Shown here: positions 1-12,750 of the stretch, piece by piece
Numbering within the stretch: the stretch's first letter is position 1
Layout: each line of letters begins with the position of its first letter
Source of the DNA: Chlorokybus atmophyticus
Lineage: Eukaryota; Plantae; Mesostigma and Chlorokybus algae
Length of the DNA stretch: 64,000 nucleotides
Reading direction: 5' to 3'
Assembly (NCBI GenBank): GCA_009103225.1
Contig: RHPI01001965.1
Location: forward strand, 15,114 to 79,113
Translations under genes and position numbers: made by a program
Notes under the pieces: generated by a model
The model's database searches: none
What the model was told of the DNA's origin: nothing
Seen by the model: the letters and a program-made list of their open reading frames with translations, nothing else

Positions 1-60
1 CCACTTGACGCTGTAAACCCGCCTGTGCCTACTCAAAACACAGTCAGCCCCAGTGAGGCT

Positions 61-3050
61 TCAAGGCGCTTTGCTTCTTCTAATGTTGTAACGATGCCTC
101 ACCTTTCCTTTTTTGGTCCTGTCAGCGTCCTTTGTTCCAACAACCTTCTTCTTTTTTTTTTTGTCACCCTGCACATCCTGGCAGGCGCTCTCCGTGGCAC
201 TGTCACTCAGAGGAGGTAAGGCGTTATCTTCTTGCTCCACAGCCTTGCGCTTGTTGGTTGCCTCCCGTTCCTCCACGACCTCATGTTGCTTCATGAGGTC
301 GAGCATGAAGCCTTTGTCTTTCAGCGCAGCTTTCAGGACACCTCGATCAATCTCTTTACCAACAAGACAGGCTGGGATCAATGTGGCAAGCTTAGAGGGA
401 GAGGGCGAGCTACAGCTGCTTCTTGATGGAGATGCCTCCGGATGGTCAGAGTGCGGTGGCAAGTGAGTCTCCGCGGCAGGAAGGGAGGGTGCTGAATTGG
501 GATTGCGAGCATGTGGCTGTGGTTGAGGGGAGGCAGGATGTGCAGAACACTCGGCTACTTCTTGCCTAGCACACGAAGGCGAGGCCTGAGGCGTTGGCGC
601 AGCACTCTGGGTCACAGCCGGTGGTAGCGGGGAATTGGCAACGCCATTCCGCCACTCTCCGATCAGGTGTGTTACCTCCGGTGGCACTTCATGCATAGGC
701 CACGACCACTGTTCGGTGCTTGCAGGCTTGAGGAGCCAAAAGTGTGCTTCTGGCTCATCAGGAGCAGTGTTGCCCACCACCAGGACTGAGTTGAGGGCTT
801 TTTTATTTCCAACCCAAACTGCGCTGCCGGGCCGTGGCACCCACTCCCCATGCTCGCGCTGGACGGTCACGCAGCCAATCAACAAGCCCAGCTTGTTGGC
901 AAACATGGTCATCTGCAGGTGCTCGACGTACACATCTTTTCTCCGCACGATCTGTCGCACCTTGGCCATGGCTAGGTCAATGTTGCAGTTGATATCAGCC
1001 AACATGGTCGCAGGCAGTTTGTCGTAATACTGCGCCATCTCTCCCGCGGCACCAGTGGCTCTGCAGAAGTCTGGGATTCTGCTCGCCACGCCTGCATCGA
1101 CAGCTTTGGCGGTGATTTTGCGGAGAGTGTGCCCCCTGCCGTCGTCGTCCATGGTGTCCAGCATGGCCCAAAATCTGCTCGAGCTGGGGCACTTGTGATC
1201 ATCCAGGACACTTTGCGCTATGGATGGCCTGGCGCGAAATACACAATGGTAGAAGCAATTACCATCCGTTGGCGCATTGAAGTGGTCCCATGAGGCGAGC
1301 TGGCCACCTAGCATGACTGATGGCCGTATGCGGGTTGCGGCCAGCTCCTCTAATGACTCGCTGGCAGGTGGTGACCCATGCTGCATGCGCATACAGCACT
1401 CACATGGTGTGTCCAACTGTGGACGGCAAGAGTCACAGTGACTGATCAAGTACCTGAGTTTGGGGCGGACTGCCGGCTTCAACTTGCAGCGGGTGGGGTA
1501 AGGTAGGTGCAGAAGCCACATCAGTTGTTGCATTGTGCTGTGGTCTCGCCGGTGGCGGCAAGAAGGATTGTTGCCCCGCAATCACCGGTGCTGCTCGTGG
1601 CGGAGATGGCAGTGCACGAAGGACTGGTGCCGCGGAAGGTGGTTGCGCTCTGGCCGGGAGGGGAGCAGGAGCTGCAGGTGAGACCACTTGTGCATGCAGC
1701 AAGGGGGGCTGTATACAGGACCCAGGATAAGATGGCTCACAATGTTGCAAAGGACGAATATAAGCTTATGCAGTGCCTGACGCATTGTTACCAAGGCACG
1801 AGCATAAAAGACAGCGACTTACCTCAATGGCCCGTGGGCTGCATGGAGCAGGGGAAGCCATGGGGGCTGACAAGGTGGTATTGGCTGCACTCTCCCCGCC
1901 ACCCTCGATGGCAGACTCGTCACGGAGCTCGTGAGCCATGGGCACATCATGCGCCACTGCGCCAATGGACATGTCGGGATTCAACATGCCAACATGCATG
2001 TTAAACTGATGCCGCATTGCCGCCGCGCCCATCAGCAAGTGGGATTGAAGGACCAGTTGATGGGATTGAATCCAGGCTTGCATAGGAGCTCCAACAGGAC
2101 TTAGTGCACTGTGGTGCTGTCAACCAATCACATGTGGGTTAGCTGCATGCTTCCGACACTGCAATTGCAATAGTCAACTGCGTCACACCGTCATCAGTTG
2201 GTTGCTTCGAACAGTCACCTGCGGCATTGCTGGTTGATGCACAAATGATTGCGTGGAGTGCGTCATTGCTGGTTGATGCACTATTGGTTGAATGCCGGAC
2301 GAATGGCCACGCGCTCCTGTGCTCAAACCCAGCCTACTTCGTTCGGCACGCGCGCGCGACTTCGCACGCTCACGCACATCCCAGCATGCAAAGATAGGCA
2401 TGCATTGGAGCCGACATTGCAGTCAACATGCACACGAGATTGGCAATAACATACCGCCGCCCAGCTCTGTCTATCTGCTCTTGCTTCCGCAATGTCGGCT
2501 TGACTGTAGGGTGGGTATGGGTGAATAGTGGAGGCCTGCAGCCACGCTACATATATCACATGAACTGCGCTAAAAAACAAATTGCTCTTGCAAGGAAATG
2601 CATGTGACTGTTGAGCTTACCTTTGCATTCCTTTGTGCTTGTTCCCACAGCCGCAATTGGTCCCGCATGGTTCTGACAAGGGGCTCCAAGGACTGCAGCT
2701 CCTGATCCAATCCCTGTTGCAGAAAGCGAGCCACCAAGCAGCTCTTTGTGTGAAGATGGTCTTTAATGGCTTGCCTGCTGGTTTGTCCAATGTTGGTGAT
2801 GCATGTTGAACAGCCCCATTGCTGACGCCTGCCATGATCCATGACGTGGCGACTGGTAGTAGCTGGCTTCGCTGCTTGAACTCTTACGACCACAACTTCT
2901 CGCAAGATGTGCCCCGCCGCCGCCGCCGCCGCCGCCGCCTCCTCCGACTCCTGGTCCTCCGCCTCCTAGTCGAACCCAGGCCCATCAAGCCTGACATTCG
3001 ACCCGTCATCGACCTGGTGCCCCTGCGTGCCATCATCCGGCCATCAATGA
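61..3050 (-). CDS. OTU-like cysteine protease (deubiquitinase-like) gene, multi-exon, copy 1; protease domain in the 1383-61 exon; upstream exon carries a stop
   Basis: ORF 61..1581 contains APTDGNCFYHCV (OTU D-x-x-C motif, ~1250-1275), an OTU-like middle (VYVEHLQMTMFANKLGLLIGCV) and EAHFWLL (candidate catalytic His, ~740-755). An intron is visible at ~1456-1384 (CAG|GTACTT...GCATGCAG|CAT), preceded by a Pro/Ala-rich exon. An upstream exon ends AAG|GTAAG near 2616 and has an in-frame TAG near 2968. The 5' limit is approximate. Confidence 0.6.
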
Positions 3051-3099
3051 AGCGTGTTTGGGTGAGTGCATGCTAACTCCCATTTGGGCTGATCGAGCA

Positions 3100-3265
3100 A
3101 TGCCTCTGTGGTACCATAAATGGTACGACAGAGCCATTGTACGGTAATGGCTGGGGTTGGACGAGAGATGCCTCTGTCGTACCATAAATGTTACGACACA
3201 ACCATTGTTACCAATGGTTGTACGAAGCATGGATGGCACAATTGCATAAGTCGTACCATCAACCA
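3100..3265. repeat. Array of (A)TGGTACGA / TCGTACCAT hairpin motifs between two divergent genes, copy 1
   Basis: CTCTGTGGTACCAT-AA-ATGGTACGACAGAG (3104-3133), CTCTGTCGTACCAT-AA-ATGTTACGACAC (3172-3200) and GTCGTACCATC at ~3250. Confidence 0.85.
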
Positions 3266-3441
3266 TAGGAGCAAGGACGCACTACAAGTGCGACTCTAGT
3301 GCGGGACTCTAGACGTTCAAAACCGCCTCATTTTCGTTTTCGCGCCTCATACATTCGGGTGGGCCAACCGGCGGCGGCAGCGTTGGAGGCGGCAGCGCCA
3401 CTTACAGCTAAACAGGCGGCACCCGACTATCAGTTGGAGAG

Positions 3442-5269
3442 ATGCCTCGTGGTCCATCCGTAAGTGCACCTCGTCGTGGAGGTCGGCGCCAGTTGTCCAC
3501 ATTGCCCCCAGTGTTCAACCAGGCAACCGTCGCCAACCAATCGCAGCAAGACCCCGCGCTAACGCCCAGCACATCACAACAACTCCACCTGACACCGCAG
3601 TCGCAAGGGCAAGCTAGACTGCATGCGTTCTTGATGCACTGTACACGTTGCTTCTTGCTCAACTTTTAACTTGGATGCTTGCTTCTATCATGACTAGCAC
3701 AGTGACTCACTGCATGCGTTCTGGATCCACTGTGCACGTTGTTCTTCTTTTGCAGCTGTGAGGGTTGCATCTTTCATGGCTGGCAGCATGACTCATGTGG
3801 TTGTGCTTGCAGAGGGTCGATTGGAACCCCCAACCCAAACGCATTTGGCCGTGACGTGGCAACCTCGGCCGTCAGCAACCCTTCCCCAAGCAAGTGGAAG
3901 ATTGGCAACGAGGTAAGCACTGTGTGACACTGTGACACTGTGTGTATGTGTGTCATGGATTGTTCTGCTGTGGACAGCATTTGCGAGATGCCGTCGTTGA
4001 AATCATAAACGGCCACTGGGTAGAGAGCCACGTTTATCCAAAGGAGGACACTATTCGTAACGTCATGTGTCAGGTGCTGTGAATGCTTCATGACCGCACT
4101 GCACCGTGACACTGACCAACCTGCCCGTGACAGGTAGTTGGCTTCGACCATGACGACGAGGCCGATGCGGCCAAGTTCTATGAGGTGTACTGGACTCCCA
4201 AGGAGTGCCCCTTTCACTGGAGTGTCGCCCTGAAGAAAGCTACGCAGGTCCGGTCTGAGAACGTCACCAAGATCAAGCATGTCCTTGAGAAGGAGTACAA
4301 GTGGACACTGTTTAACAGCAACAAGCGCAAGTGAGTTGGGTCCCTCACCACCATGTCTGATATGCAACACTGCCCTCTTACTCAGCCTCCATACACACGT
4401 ACTCATCTCGCCTATTGTAACCGATCCGATCAGGCACATCGACGCCCTAATGGACCCCGAGACCTTAAAAGCCCAGATGCGCAACGCGCTCCAAAGTAAG
4501 TCACAGGCACTATTTGAGCCTGGTGCAGGCTCAACTTGAACTATCTATTTCGTGACTAATGCCTTGTCGGTATGACTGTCGCAGACAAGTCATGGCGGAG
4601 ATTTGAGGTGACCGACACTGCAGACCCGGAGCGGAGGAGATACATCCATGAATGGGGCAATCCCATAATCTGGCAAATGATCGTGCAATGCTGGTCTTAC
4701 GCCGTCACTACACCTGGTCGCCGGCAGCTGACAGTTAACCACCTCGCATACCTGTTGCTTACGGTGAGCACTCTGAACTCCATCATTAGCAATTCAGGAA
4801 TGCTGTAGCCCCAAACTACAGGCTTGCAGACGCGTTGCAGTGAATAGTGGCTTTCGATGCCACTAAGACATGCCTGTAAACTACGCAGGTGGAGCGCATC
4901 CTAAAGGGCAAGGATGGAGACCCTCTCCTAGCTGCCAGCATAGACACACATGAAGAGTACCTCAGCGAAATCAACACCATGATCATGTCAATGAAGCGGG
5001 AGATGAGGCAACGGTACGCAGCCCTCCAGCCATTCACCCTTGTGAAACGCCGCACTGCATCTTGTGTCGAATACCTGAAAGATCCCAATCGGCGCCGGCC
5101 GCAAGAGACAGCAGCTCGTGACCCGCTCGCTGAGGCAGAAGCGGCATTTGATTGGCTGGCACAACCGTTTGAGGAGGAAGAGCAAGCTCCGGCGTCTCCT
5201 CCACAGGCCCCAGCGCGTGGTGCTTTGTTCCGTAATGACGAGACCAGCGATGATGGAGAGGAGCTGTAG
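3442..5269 (+). pseudogene. Unknown multi-exon gene or relic, divergent from the OTU gene
   Basis: ATG at 3442 (MPRGPS...RRGGRR). The exon GTPNPNAFGRDVATSAVSNPSPSKWKIGNE|GTAAG differs from copy 2 mostly at synonymous sites. Further spliced coding-like segments follow (FDHDDEADAAKFYEVYW, RYIHEWGNPIIWQ), and the last ORF is 4889..5269. No family recognised. Confidence 0.45.
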
Positions 5270-5649
5270 CGCAGTTGGTAGTCCGTTTAGCTGGTAGTGT
5301 ACATAGCTACAAGGCTCTTGTGACTGAGTGTTGTGCATCTTAAACCAGCTCAGTCAATCGTCATTATGCTCATGCACATCAATACTTGCATCCCTATGAT
5401 ATACAACAGAACTGCATTCGAATCACATAATCGAACTACAAGCCTTGGCAAGTGACTGAGAGACACTGTACACATTTCAGGTATCTGTACACAGCACAGG
5501 CACATAACAATGCTGGAAGTCAGTGACAGTCGCGTGTAGTCAAGCTATGCAAATACATATGACGACAGTTAGGCATTAGTCACCTTCAGCTGTTAAAGAA
5601 TGCCTTATTTTGTCGATAATTACCTAGTTGGTGCTTGCAAATTAGGCTT

Positions 5650-5945
5650 AGTCGCCTGCGCTGGACTGGTGTGTAACCTGCAGGTGCCTGTCACATAGGC
5701 TGAGTCACCTAAGTAAGACTGATGTGTAACTTACAGGTGCCCGTTGATTAGTTGTAGTCACCTAATAAGGCCTGATGTGTAACAAACGGTTGCCTGTAAA
5801 TTACACAAAGTCATTTGTTAAGGCCTGGTGTGTGACTAACAGGTGCCTGTTTATTATACAAAGTCACCTGTTAAGGCCTGATAGGTAACTAACAGGCGCC
5901 TGTTAGTTAGGCATAGTCAACTGTTAAAGACTAAATTGTAACAAA
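5650..5945. repeat. Degenerate 53-bp tandem repeat, about 5.5 units
   Basis: Units begin GTC(A/G)CCT at ~5651, 5704, 5757, 5810, 5863 and 5916. Consensus is like GTCACCTxxTAAGGCCTGATGTGTAACTxACAGGTGCCTGT. Confidence 0.85.
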
Positions 5946-5975
5946 AAGGGCCTTACAGTAACGAAAGTTACTATT

Positions 5976-6091
5976 AGGTCCCTGTATCAAGATTACAGGT
6001 GTTCTGAGCCACGACAGTCTAAATTAGTGTCCTCAGGTGCACGGCCGTTGCCAATATTTAGTCGGCCGGCAGGGAAAACATATTGCGACGA
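5976..6091 (-). mobile_element. Terminus of an unclassified repeat element (inverted partner at 52240-52355)
   Basis: The reverse complement TCGTCGCAATATGTTTTCCCTGCCGGCCGACT...GTAATCTTGATACAGGGACCT matches 52240-52355. Homology stops exactly where the Gypsy integrase sequence begins. Confidence 0.7.
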
Positions 6092-7962
6092 TGGCAAACA
6101 TCCATGTGCGCTTAGTGAAAAGGTGTCCGGCAAGAAGGCAAGGGCACCGGCCGTGGGAGAGCTTGCTGCACGCATACAAGATGTGCTCAACAAAGTTAAG
6201 GCCGCTATGAAGAGTGCTAAAGGCCGCAACAAGTACTTTGCCGACAAGGATCGTCGGGACGTAGTGTTTAGTGTTGGGCAACAAGTGTTGCTCAGCATGA
6301 AAAACATCAAGATCAAGAGTCGGGATTGTAAGAAGCTTCTACCCAAGTGGATTGGCCCTGTTGAGGTGCTGAGTCCCGTTGGCGCCATGGCGTATAAGCT
6401 TCGCCTCCCGGAGCACTTAAGATACATGAAGTGTTCCATGTATCATTGCTAAGGGAGTACAAGAGTGATGGTAGAGTTCAGCCCCCACCTCTACACGAGT
6501 TCGTGGATGGTGAGTAAGAGTATGAGGTAGAGGCAATATTGGCGCGCCATCCTCGTGATAAAAACCGTTCTCCCGAGTACCTCGTTTAATGGAAGGGCTA
6601 TGGTGTAAAACACAACATCATGAGTCATGGAGAAGGACTTGGCAAATTGCCAAAAGTTTATGCAAGAATTCCTTGCAACTCACGGAGACCTCAGATGGGT
6701 TAGGCTAACCCAAGCCTACCTACCCTTTGTGTAGCTATAAGGCCCTTTGAAATGTGCACAAGACATGTGCAACCTCAAGCCAAACCTATTTAAATGAGAG
6801 TACACTCGCGGGAGGCAACCATGAAGGTTGGCCACCTTCATGTCTCGTTGTTTCTCAAGCCCAGTATGTGTCGGAGACTGTCACAAAGTAGGTGGGGAGG
6901 AGTGTAACGCGGCTAGTAGTTATGCTCCAAGTGCTTGGACATACGTGAGATAGACAACCAACAAGAGTGTATGCTTGCTACTACAAGGTACACACTGGTG
7001 TGGAACAGTTAGCCACATATGTCTATATTGTAGATGTCGACATCTTATACGTAGGTGCTGATCAGACAGACAATAATGTGGGCTGGTTAGCAACAAATGT
7101 CTAATATGTGGATGTGTCTATATTGTAGACAAAGACATATAAGGAAGACAAATATGTTTATAGCTAATACATGATTGCGGATATCTAACATACGAAAGTT
7201 GATATCATAGCTTCGATTTTGGTATTTTAAGGTCTCACGTCTGAAGAATATCGAAAGAGTTAAGCGTAGATATCGCACACAAGGGCATGGATATCTTAAT
7301 AATGAATGTCCACATTGTGAAAAACACCGTGGATATTACACGTGCACTTATTTAGAAAGTGCTAAAAGAGGCAGATGCGGATATCGCACGGAGGTACGCA
7401 GGTATTTTAAACTACAATAGCGATATCACAGAGACTTGTATTTATAAACTGTGGCCACGAGACTGTATAGCCAATACCATGTGATTTCAGTACAGTTTCA
7501 CTGGTCACTCATACTTGAGGTAAGATTCACTGGTCACTCATACTTGGGGTAAGACATCCTTTAAGGTGATTGGTGTGAGCCTAGTAAGGGCAAGTGCAAG
7601 AGTGCTTGTCACAAGATGGTTGGCCGCCTTTAATTACACTTGGGTCCGAACGAGGCACCATTGGTGGAGACACCCACTACCCGTAAGTGGCTAGATAAGG
7701 CACTAAGGGTATATAAGTGAGCATGCTCAGTAGGCAATGCATTGGAGACTTGGGTCTACCTTGCCTTGGTGTGCTCGCTCCTGCAGGACTTCACGTGGGG
7801 TGTTCGGGTGAGAGGCCGTTCAAGGGGGTGCCAAAGCTCTTCAACCTCCAAGGTGTGGACGCGTGTCCTTGTGTAGCACTTGTGCGTGAGTGTATACACG
7901 GTGTGAGAGTGCATGACCCTCATAGGTGAGAGCTAAGTGCTCAAGCCTAGGATGGCGTTACA
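6092..7962 (+). mobile_element. 5'-truncated Gypsy chromovirus: integrase C-terminus, chromodomain, PPT and 3' LTR
   Basis: Integrase C-terminal motifs GKHP...ADKDRRDVVFSVGQQVLLS and KLLPKWIGP...AYKLRLP, then YKSDGRVQPPP and a chromodomain EYEVEAIL...EYLV*WKGY with stops. A polypurine tract GTAGGTGGGGAGGAG lies immediately before the LTR. Confidence 0.9.
6903..7962 (+). repeat. LTR (~1060 bp)
   Basis: Starts TGTAACGC right after the PPT and ends GCGTTACA (8-bp terminal inverted repeat, TG...CA). TATA-like GGTATATAAG at ~7708. Confidence 0.75.
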
Positions 7963-8270
7963 CACAATATTAAACATTGCATACTATGTAGGTGCATATG
8001 AAAATGTACCCTACCTAGCGCTACGTACACAATACAATTACTTTCAATGGTGTCATGACATCAGCATGCATCATTACCAAAAATTACGAATGTTTAACCG
8101 TTGCATGTGTAAAACCGTTGATCATGCAGATACAATTTTGTGAGGTTGGACCATTCATCAAATCGCACGTGCAGTGATGCGCAAGCTCTCACCACGCTAC
8201 AACTTATCTAAAGCCGCCTGCTGCCCATACTAGTCTTGGTAGTCAGTCACTGTAGAGACGCTGGAACACG

Positions 8271-9492
8271 TTACGTCTGTCGTGGCTGCGCTTTTTGCTG
8301 CAGTTTAAGAATCTGCTCACACGCACATGCAATGAGGCAGCCACTAAACTGGCAGCGAATGCAATATGTACACGGTAACCGTGGTAACCTCACCAACGGC
8401 TTACCTCTGTGCGCTTAGCCTCTGCTTTGGTTTCAGAGCTTTTCCGTTGCGACTCCAGTCGTTGTCTGCGCTCAGAAACAATGCAGTGTTCATTGCTAAT
8501 ACTCCATGCAATGCTCCTGCTCTATACAAACTCATGTACTGTTATGTTACATGGCATAGAATATGCTACAGCAAAGCAGATGTAACACCGATGCAGCAAG
8601 TAACATAAAACACACAACTCTATGGACGATGCAATAATTGAACAAACTTGCAAATGACTTAATGACATGGATACCACTTGGAGCTTACAGCTCTGCTTGG
8701 ATGAAGTCAATGCGCTTGCCAACATTGGACTTGGCTTCATCGAGGTCTTGTTTGATCAGCACAGGGCCAATGAGCTTGTACACTGCGGCCCCATCCTCCA
8801 GCAATGCCAGCTCCTGCCATCATGCAAATAGTCACCAGCTGCCACCCCTTGCAACAATAACCTATAGGACATGCTAGCCAACGTGCTTGATGGGATATAA
8901 TAAGCATTCTCAAGTATTACGATTGCTTCAATGTCAACAATGGAAATGGTGTGTTGTTAGCGTTGCTGCCAAAAACGCAACACTGCTTGCTGTGTGCAAA
9001 GCATGATGTCCAGCCTACCTTGCGAACCATGTCATTCTCGCTCAGTTGAGTGGTAAAGGCCTGCTGAGCTTGCTGGTTCTTGCTTAAATCTGCAAGAGAC
9101 ACGACAAACACACACCACATGTTACATAGCAAGTAGGGTATGGTTAGAAGCCAGGTAGCTGTCCGCCTGCACAATGCTAGTGGACTAAAGAATGTAGCAA
9201 AGAAAAAGTGTCTGCAGCTCAAGCAAGCCCCGCTACCAGCTGATATGCAATTGCAATAACTGGCAAAGCTTGTGATGAAACACTCATGCAGCTCAAGCAA
9301 GCCCCGCTACCAGCTGATATGCAATTGCAATAACTGGCAAAGCTTGTGATGAAACACTCATGCCGCAAGCTTGGACATACCAGGTCAAAATGAAATACAG
9401 CTGCTTTGAGAAAAGCCAGACAGCCGCTTGCCTTTCTGCAGCGTGCGGAACTCATTGACTTCCTCCTCCAGCTTCTTCGCCGCCGCTTGCAT
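8271..9492 (-). CDS. PFDN6: Prefoldin subunit 6, 5 exons, intact
   Basis: Spliced translation MQAAAKKLEEEVNEFRTLQK/DLSKNQQAQQAFTTQLSENDMVRK/ELALLEDGAAVYKLIGPVLIKQDLDEAKSNVGKRIDFIQAEL/QRLESQRKSSETKAEAKRTE/ILKLQQKAQPRQT*. VYKLIGPVLxKQDL is characteristic of the family. Confidence 0.93.
9213..9360. repeat. Perfect 74-bp tandem duplication in prefoldin intron 1
   Basis: 9213-9286 is identical to 9287-9360 (TGCAGCTCAAGCAAGCCCCG...GAAACACTCA). Confidence 0.95.
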
Positions 9493-9619
9493 GGGGTCTG
9501 CTACGTCCAGGTGGAGCTACACGGTGTAGCTTACACCGTCATCAACAACCAGCACCCACCAGCAGACGGCCAGCCTGCGCCGCAACAGCGCCTCAGGGTC
9601 ACACAACAACTCCTTTTGC

Positions 9620-9800
9620 GCTCAGCTTAGGCCGCCCAAACGCTTTGCGCCGTTGCGCTGCTGAGCTCAGCTTCACTGCTACAGCTAAGCTCCTAGCTCA
9701 GCGTATAGCTTCAGCCAGGGCAATCAGTGCACCTTTCAGCTGAGCTTTCAGCTTCAAGTTAGCATTGAGCGCAGCTAAACTCGGCTTGAGCATTGCGCAT
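9620..9800. promoter_or_regulatory. AGCT-rich candidate bidirectional promoter between head-to-head PFDN6 and PIGB
   Basis: The ATGs at 9492 (-) and 9839 (+) are ~350 bp apart, and the interval is dense in (C/T)AGCT motifs. Promoter function is inferred from position. Confidence 0.45.
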
Positions 9801-9838
9801 GGGTGCATAAGCCAAAAGGCGGCCTGGTGGCGGCGATT

Positions 9839-12750
9839 ATGGGTGCGCAGGAAGAGCACGAGAAAAAGGCTGCACGGCGTGTAGACAGCACCACCTCCTC
9901 GTCCTCCCACTTCTCCAACTCGTGGTGCTTGTTCTGGGCGTGCTTCATGCCATTTCGGTTGGCGAATGCTCTGCTGGTGCAGACCTACTTCAACGCCGAT
10001 GAGTACTGGCAGAGCCTGGAAGTGGCGCACCGCCTCGTCTTTGGGTGTGCATACTACGCTGCTGTGCAGTGCCTTTGATAATACTCAATGCTCCATTTAA
10101 GCTCAGAGCTGTAAGCCCAGCACAAGTCAACACTCAAAGAATGAGATACAGTTGGAGCAGGCTGATTCCAGCTACAGCCATAGATTGTTGCCTCAGAAGA
10201 TCATTACAAAGTACAAGCATGTATCGTACTAGCACAGTACCAGCACAAATGCATGCAGCATTGTAAGCAGTCAACTTGCTGCACATGTTGACATGTACTG
10301 TGCAGTCAGCACGACACGACAATACCACAGTACTCGTGGCGCTTGCCGCAATGTTGTGCCTGTGGACTGCAGGTATGGGTACCTAACCTGGGAGTGGCGA
10401 GAGGGCGTGCGCGGTTACCTGCACCCACTCATCTTTGCAGCCTTGTACAGAATTCTCCAATGGCTGAAGCTGGATACACCGTACGCTATGGTACGTACAG
10501 CAAACTTGGTTATGGTAAGCCAAGTCTCTCGCAGCAACATGTATAAACTTATGGAAATTGATGCTCATGTTTGCGACAGCTGGCTGCTCCCAGACTGCTG
10601 CAAGGCGTATGCGCTGCTGTTGGTGACGTGTATACGTACAAGCTGGCACGGAGGTTGTTCGGGCCAGAGGCTGCGCGATGGGCTGTAATTACTACTACTG
10701 CAAACACTGGCATGCATTGTTACCCGCACTTGTGCAGCTTCTGAGCATTGGGTACATTGCCTCTTTAACTCCACACATGTGCTGTGGTCAATTGACAGAG
10801 TGTGTGTTGCGGTTGCACGCAGGCTTTCTGTGGCGCGGTGTCTTGGTTCAACTTCTTCTGTGCAGTGCGCACACTGTCAAACAGCCTTGAGGCTACGTTG
10901 ACAGCTGTCGTGCTTGCGCTTTGGCCTTGGCCTTATGCCACAACAGCTTCATCATCCACTCGCAGCACAACAAAGGTGAGTACATGCCTTGCATATGGCA
11001 CCGCATTGGAAGTGTTTGGCACAGATGCTTTGAACTCAGCCGCAATGGCAGGTTGCTGTGTTGTTGGCAAGCATTGCATTCGTGTTGCGGCCCACGAGCG
11101 CAATAACCTGGTTGATGCTTGGCGCCTGGCACTTGACGCAAACGGACAAGAAGCTGCAGTTTGCCTTCCAAACTGTTGCTCCAATTGGGTAGGATGTCAC
11201 TGCAACCACCTGAAGCAATCCAGTTACTGCAAGCTCATGCTTGTGAGTTCTCATTGGTGGTTTGCGTAGCTTGTTATGTGTACTAGCGTCTACCGTCATT
11301 GATCGCTTCTTATATGGCTCCTGGGTGATCGCACCACTGAACTTCCTGCGTTTTAATCTTGCTGGTGCTGGTGGAGACTTTTACGGTAAGCAGGAGATGC
11401 ACACCTGTCAACCCAAAGAGCATACGCACACACACCAAGCTTCATTTACACAATTCTGGCAGGTACTCATCCCTGCCATTGGTATTTTTCTAGTGGAGTG
11501 CCAACCATGCTGGCAACCCTTTTGCCGTTGGCGTTGTACGGTGTGGGTCTTGCGGCTGGCCGCCGAGCGCCGGCAGTTATCGCGCTCGGCACAGTGCTAC
11601 TTTACAGCTGCCTGGGCCACAAGGAGTTCAGGTGGGAGCTTGATGACATTGTACGTGTGTAGTATCTGCAATCATGGTTGTGCTGACAACGAGTGTTTTC
11701 TTGCAGGTTCCTGTTTCCAATGATGCCTATAGCTGTCGTGTATGCTGGTGTGGCATTGAAACACTGGCACTCGCGTACACGCACAGGTGGCCACTCATAT
11801 CAAGTGTGCGTGTACGCGTGCGCATGCATGTGTGGTGCTTTGACATGCAGTCACTCTGCATCAATTGCAGTTAATGCTAGTACTGACAAGTAATGTGGCA
11901 AACTACACTCTCATGGTGCTACTGCGTTGGCAGGAAGATTACTCAAAATTGGCATCGCTGTGCTTGTTGTGACTCAGGTGTGCTGTCAGTCGAGTGTTGC
12001 ATGCGTGTGTCCATGTACATGTCATTGAAAGTAACGCAGCGCACTTCAACTGCGCTTAGGCGGTTGCAGCCGCATACTTCTCAGCAATTCACCAGCGGGG
12101 GACGCTTGATGTCGTGCAATGGCTCGCGAAAGAAGCTGCGCAGGGGAGAGTGCGGGCCGTGCATTTCCTGACACCATGCCATGTGACACCACTATACTGC
12201 GCCGTCCACGCTCCAGTGCAGCTTCGCATCCTTGACTGCTCCCCAAGGTACGGATGTGAGTGAAAGTCCTCAAGGGTGACCACCAGCGATGAACACAAAG
12301 CTTGCTACATGCGTCTTGCTGAAATGTTAATGCAACCCCTGATGTTGGCTTGCGCGTGCGTGTGCATGTGTCAACTTGCTGATGTGTTCTCGTCTTGACA
12401 GCGATAAAGACGGCTACATTGATGAAGCTGACCGCTTCAAGCTGGACCCACTCTCTTACTTATACGCTTCATACGCAATCTCGGATTCACCTCAACACGA
12501 AACAGACATCTGCGGTGTCGATGCGGGCCTCGACGACAGCGCCAACACCAGACCGGATATGCAGCAAGGCTGCAAGTTGGGTCTCCCGAGCCACTTTGTC
12601 CTCTTTGACGGGACAATCCCGCAAGTGTCGGGCTTCCTCCAAGAGCACGGATACACGTCCACTGCAGCGTTCCCGCACGCGCAGTTTGCTGTGGATAGAG
12701 AGCGTCAAGCTGTCGTGCACGTGTTTCAGAGACACACTCAAACCTTCTGA
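9839..12750 (+). CDS. PIGB: GPI mannosyltransferase 3 (Alg9/PIG-B family), multi-exon, apparently intact
   Basis: Phase-consistent exons give FRLANALLVQTYFNADEYWQSLEVAH, GYLTWEW..GVRGYLHP, APRLLQ, RTLSNSLE, RPTSAITW, LNFLRFN, HWYFS, LGHKEFRF, HQRG...FLTPCH.TP...LDCSP, DEADRF, LPSHFVLF and HAQFAVDRE; stop at 12750. Confidence 0.93.

Larger units (their letters stand above)
1..4168. repeat. Copy 1 of a large inverted duplication (partner 44291-48818); extends beyond the window start
   Basis: Bases 1-110 are the reverse complement of ~48710-48818. Homology is continuous to TTCGACCATGACGACGAGGCCGATGC at ~4168, matching ~44291. Identity is roughly 90% by eye in sampled stretches. Confidence 0.95.

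Noticed and set aside
5650-5945. 53-bp array as a CRISPR
   Set aside because: The units are contiguous and degenerate with no unique spacers, no cas genes are present, and the context is eukaryotic.
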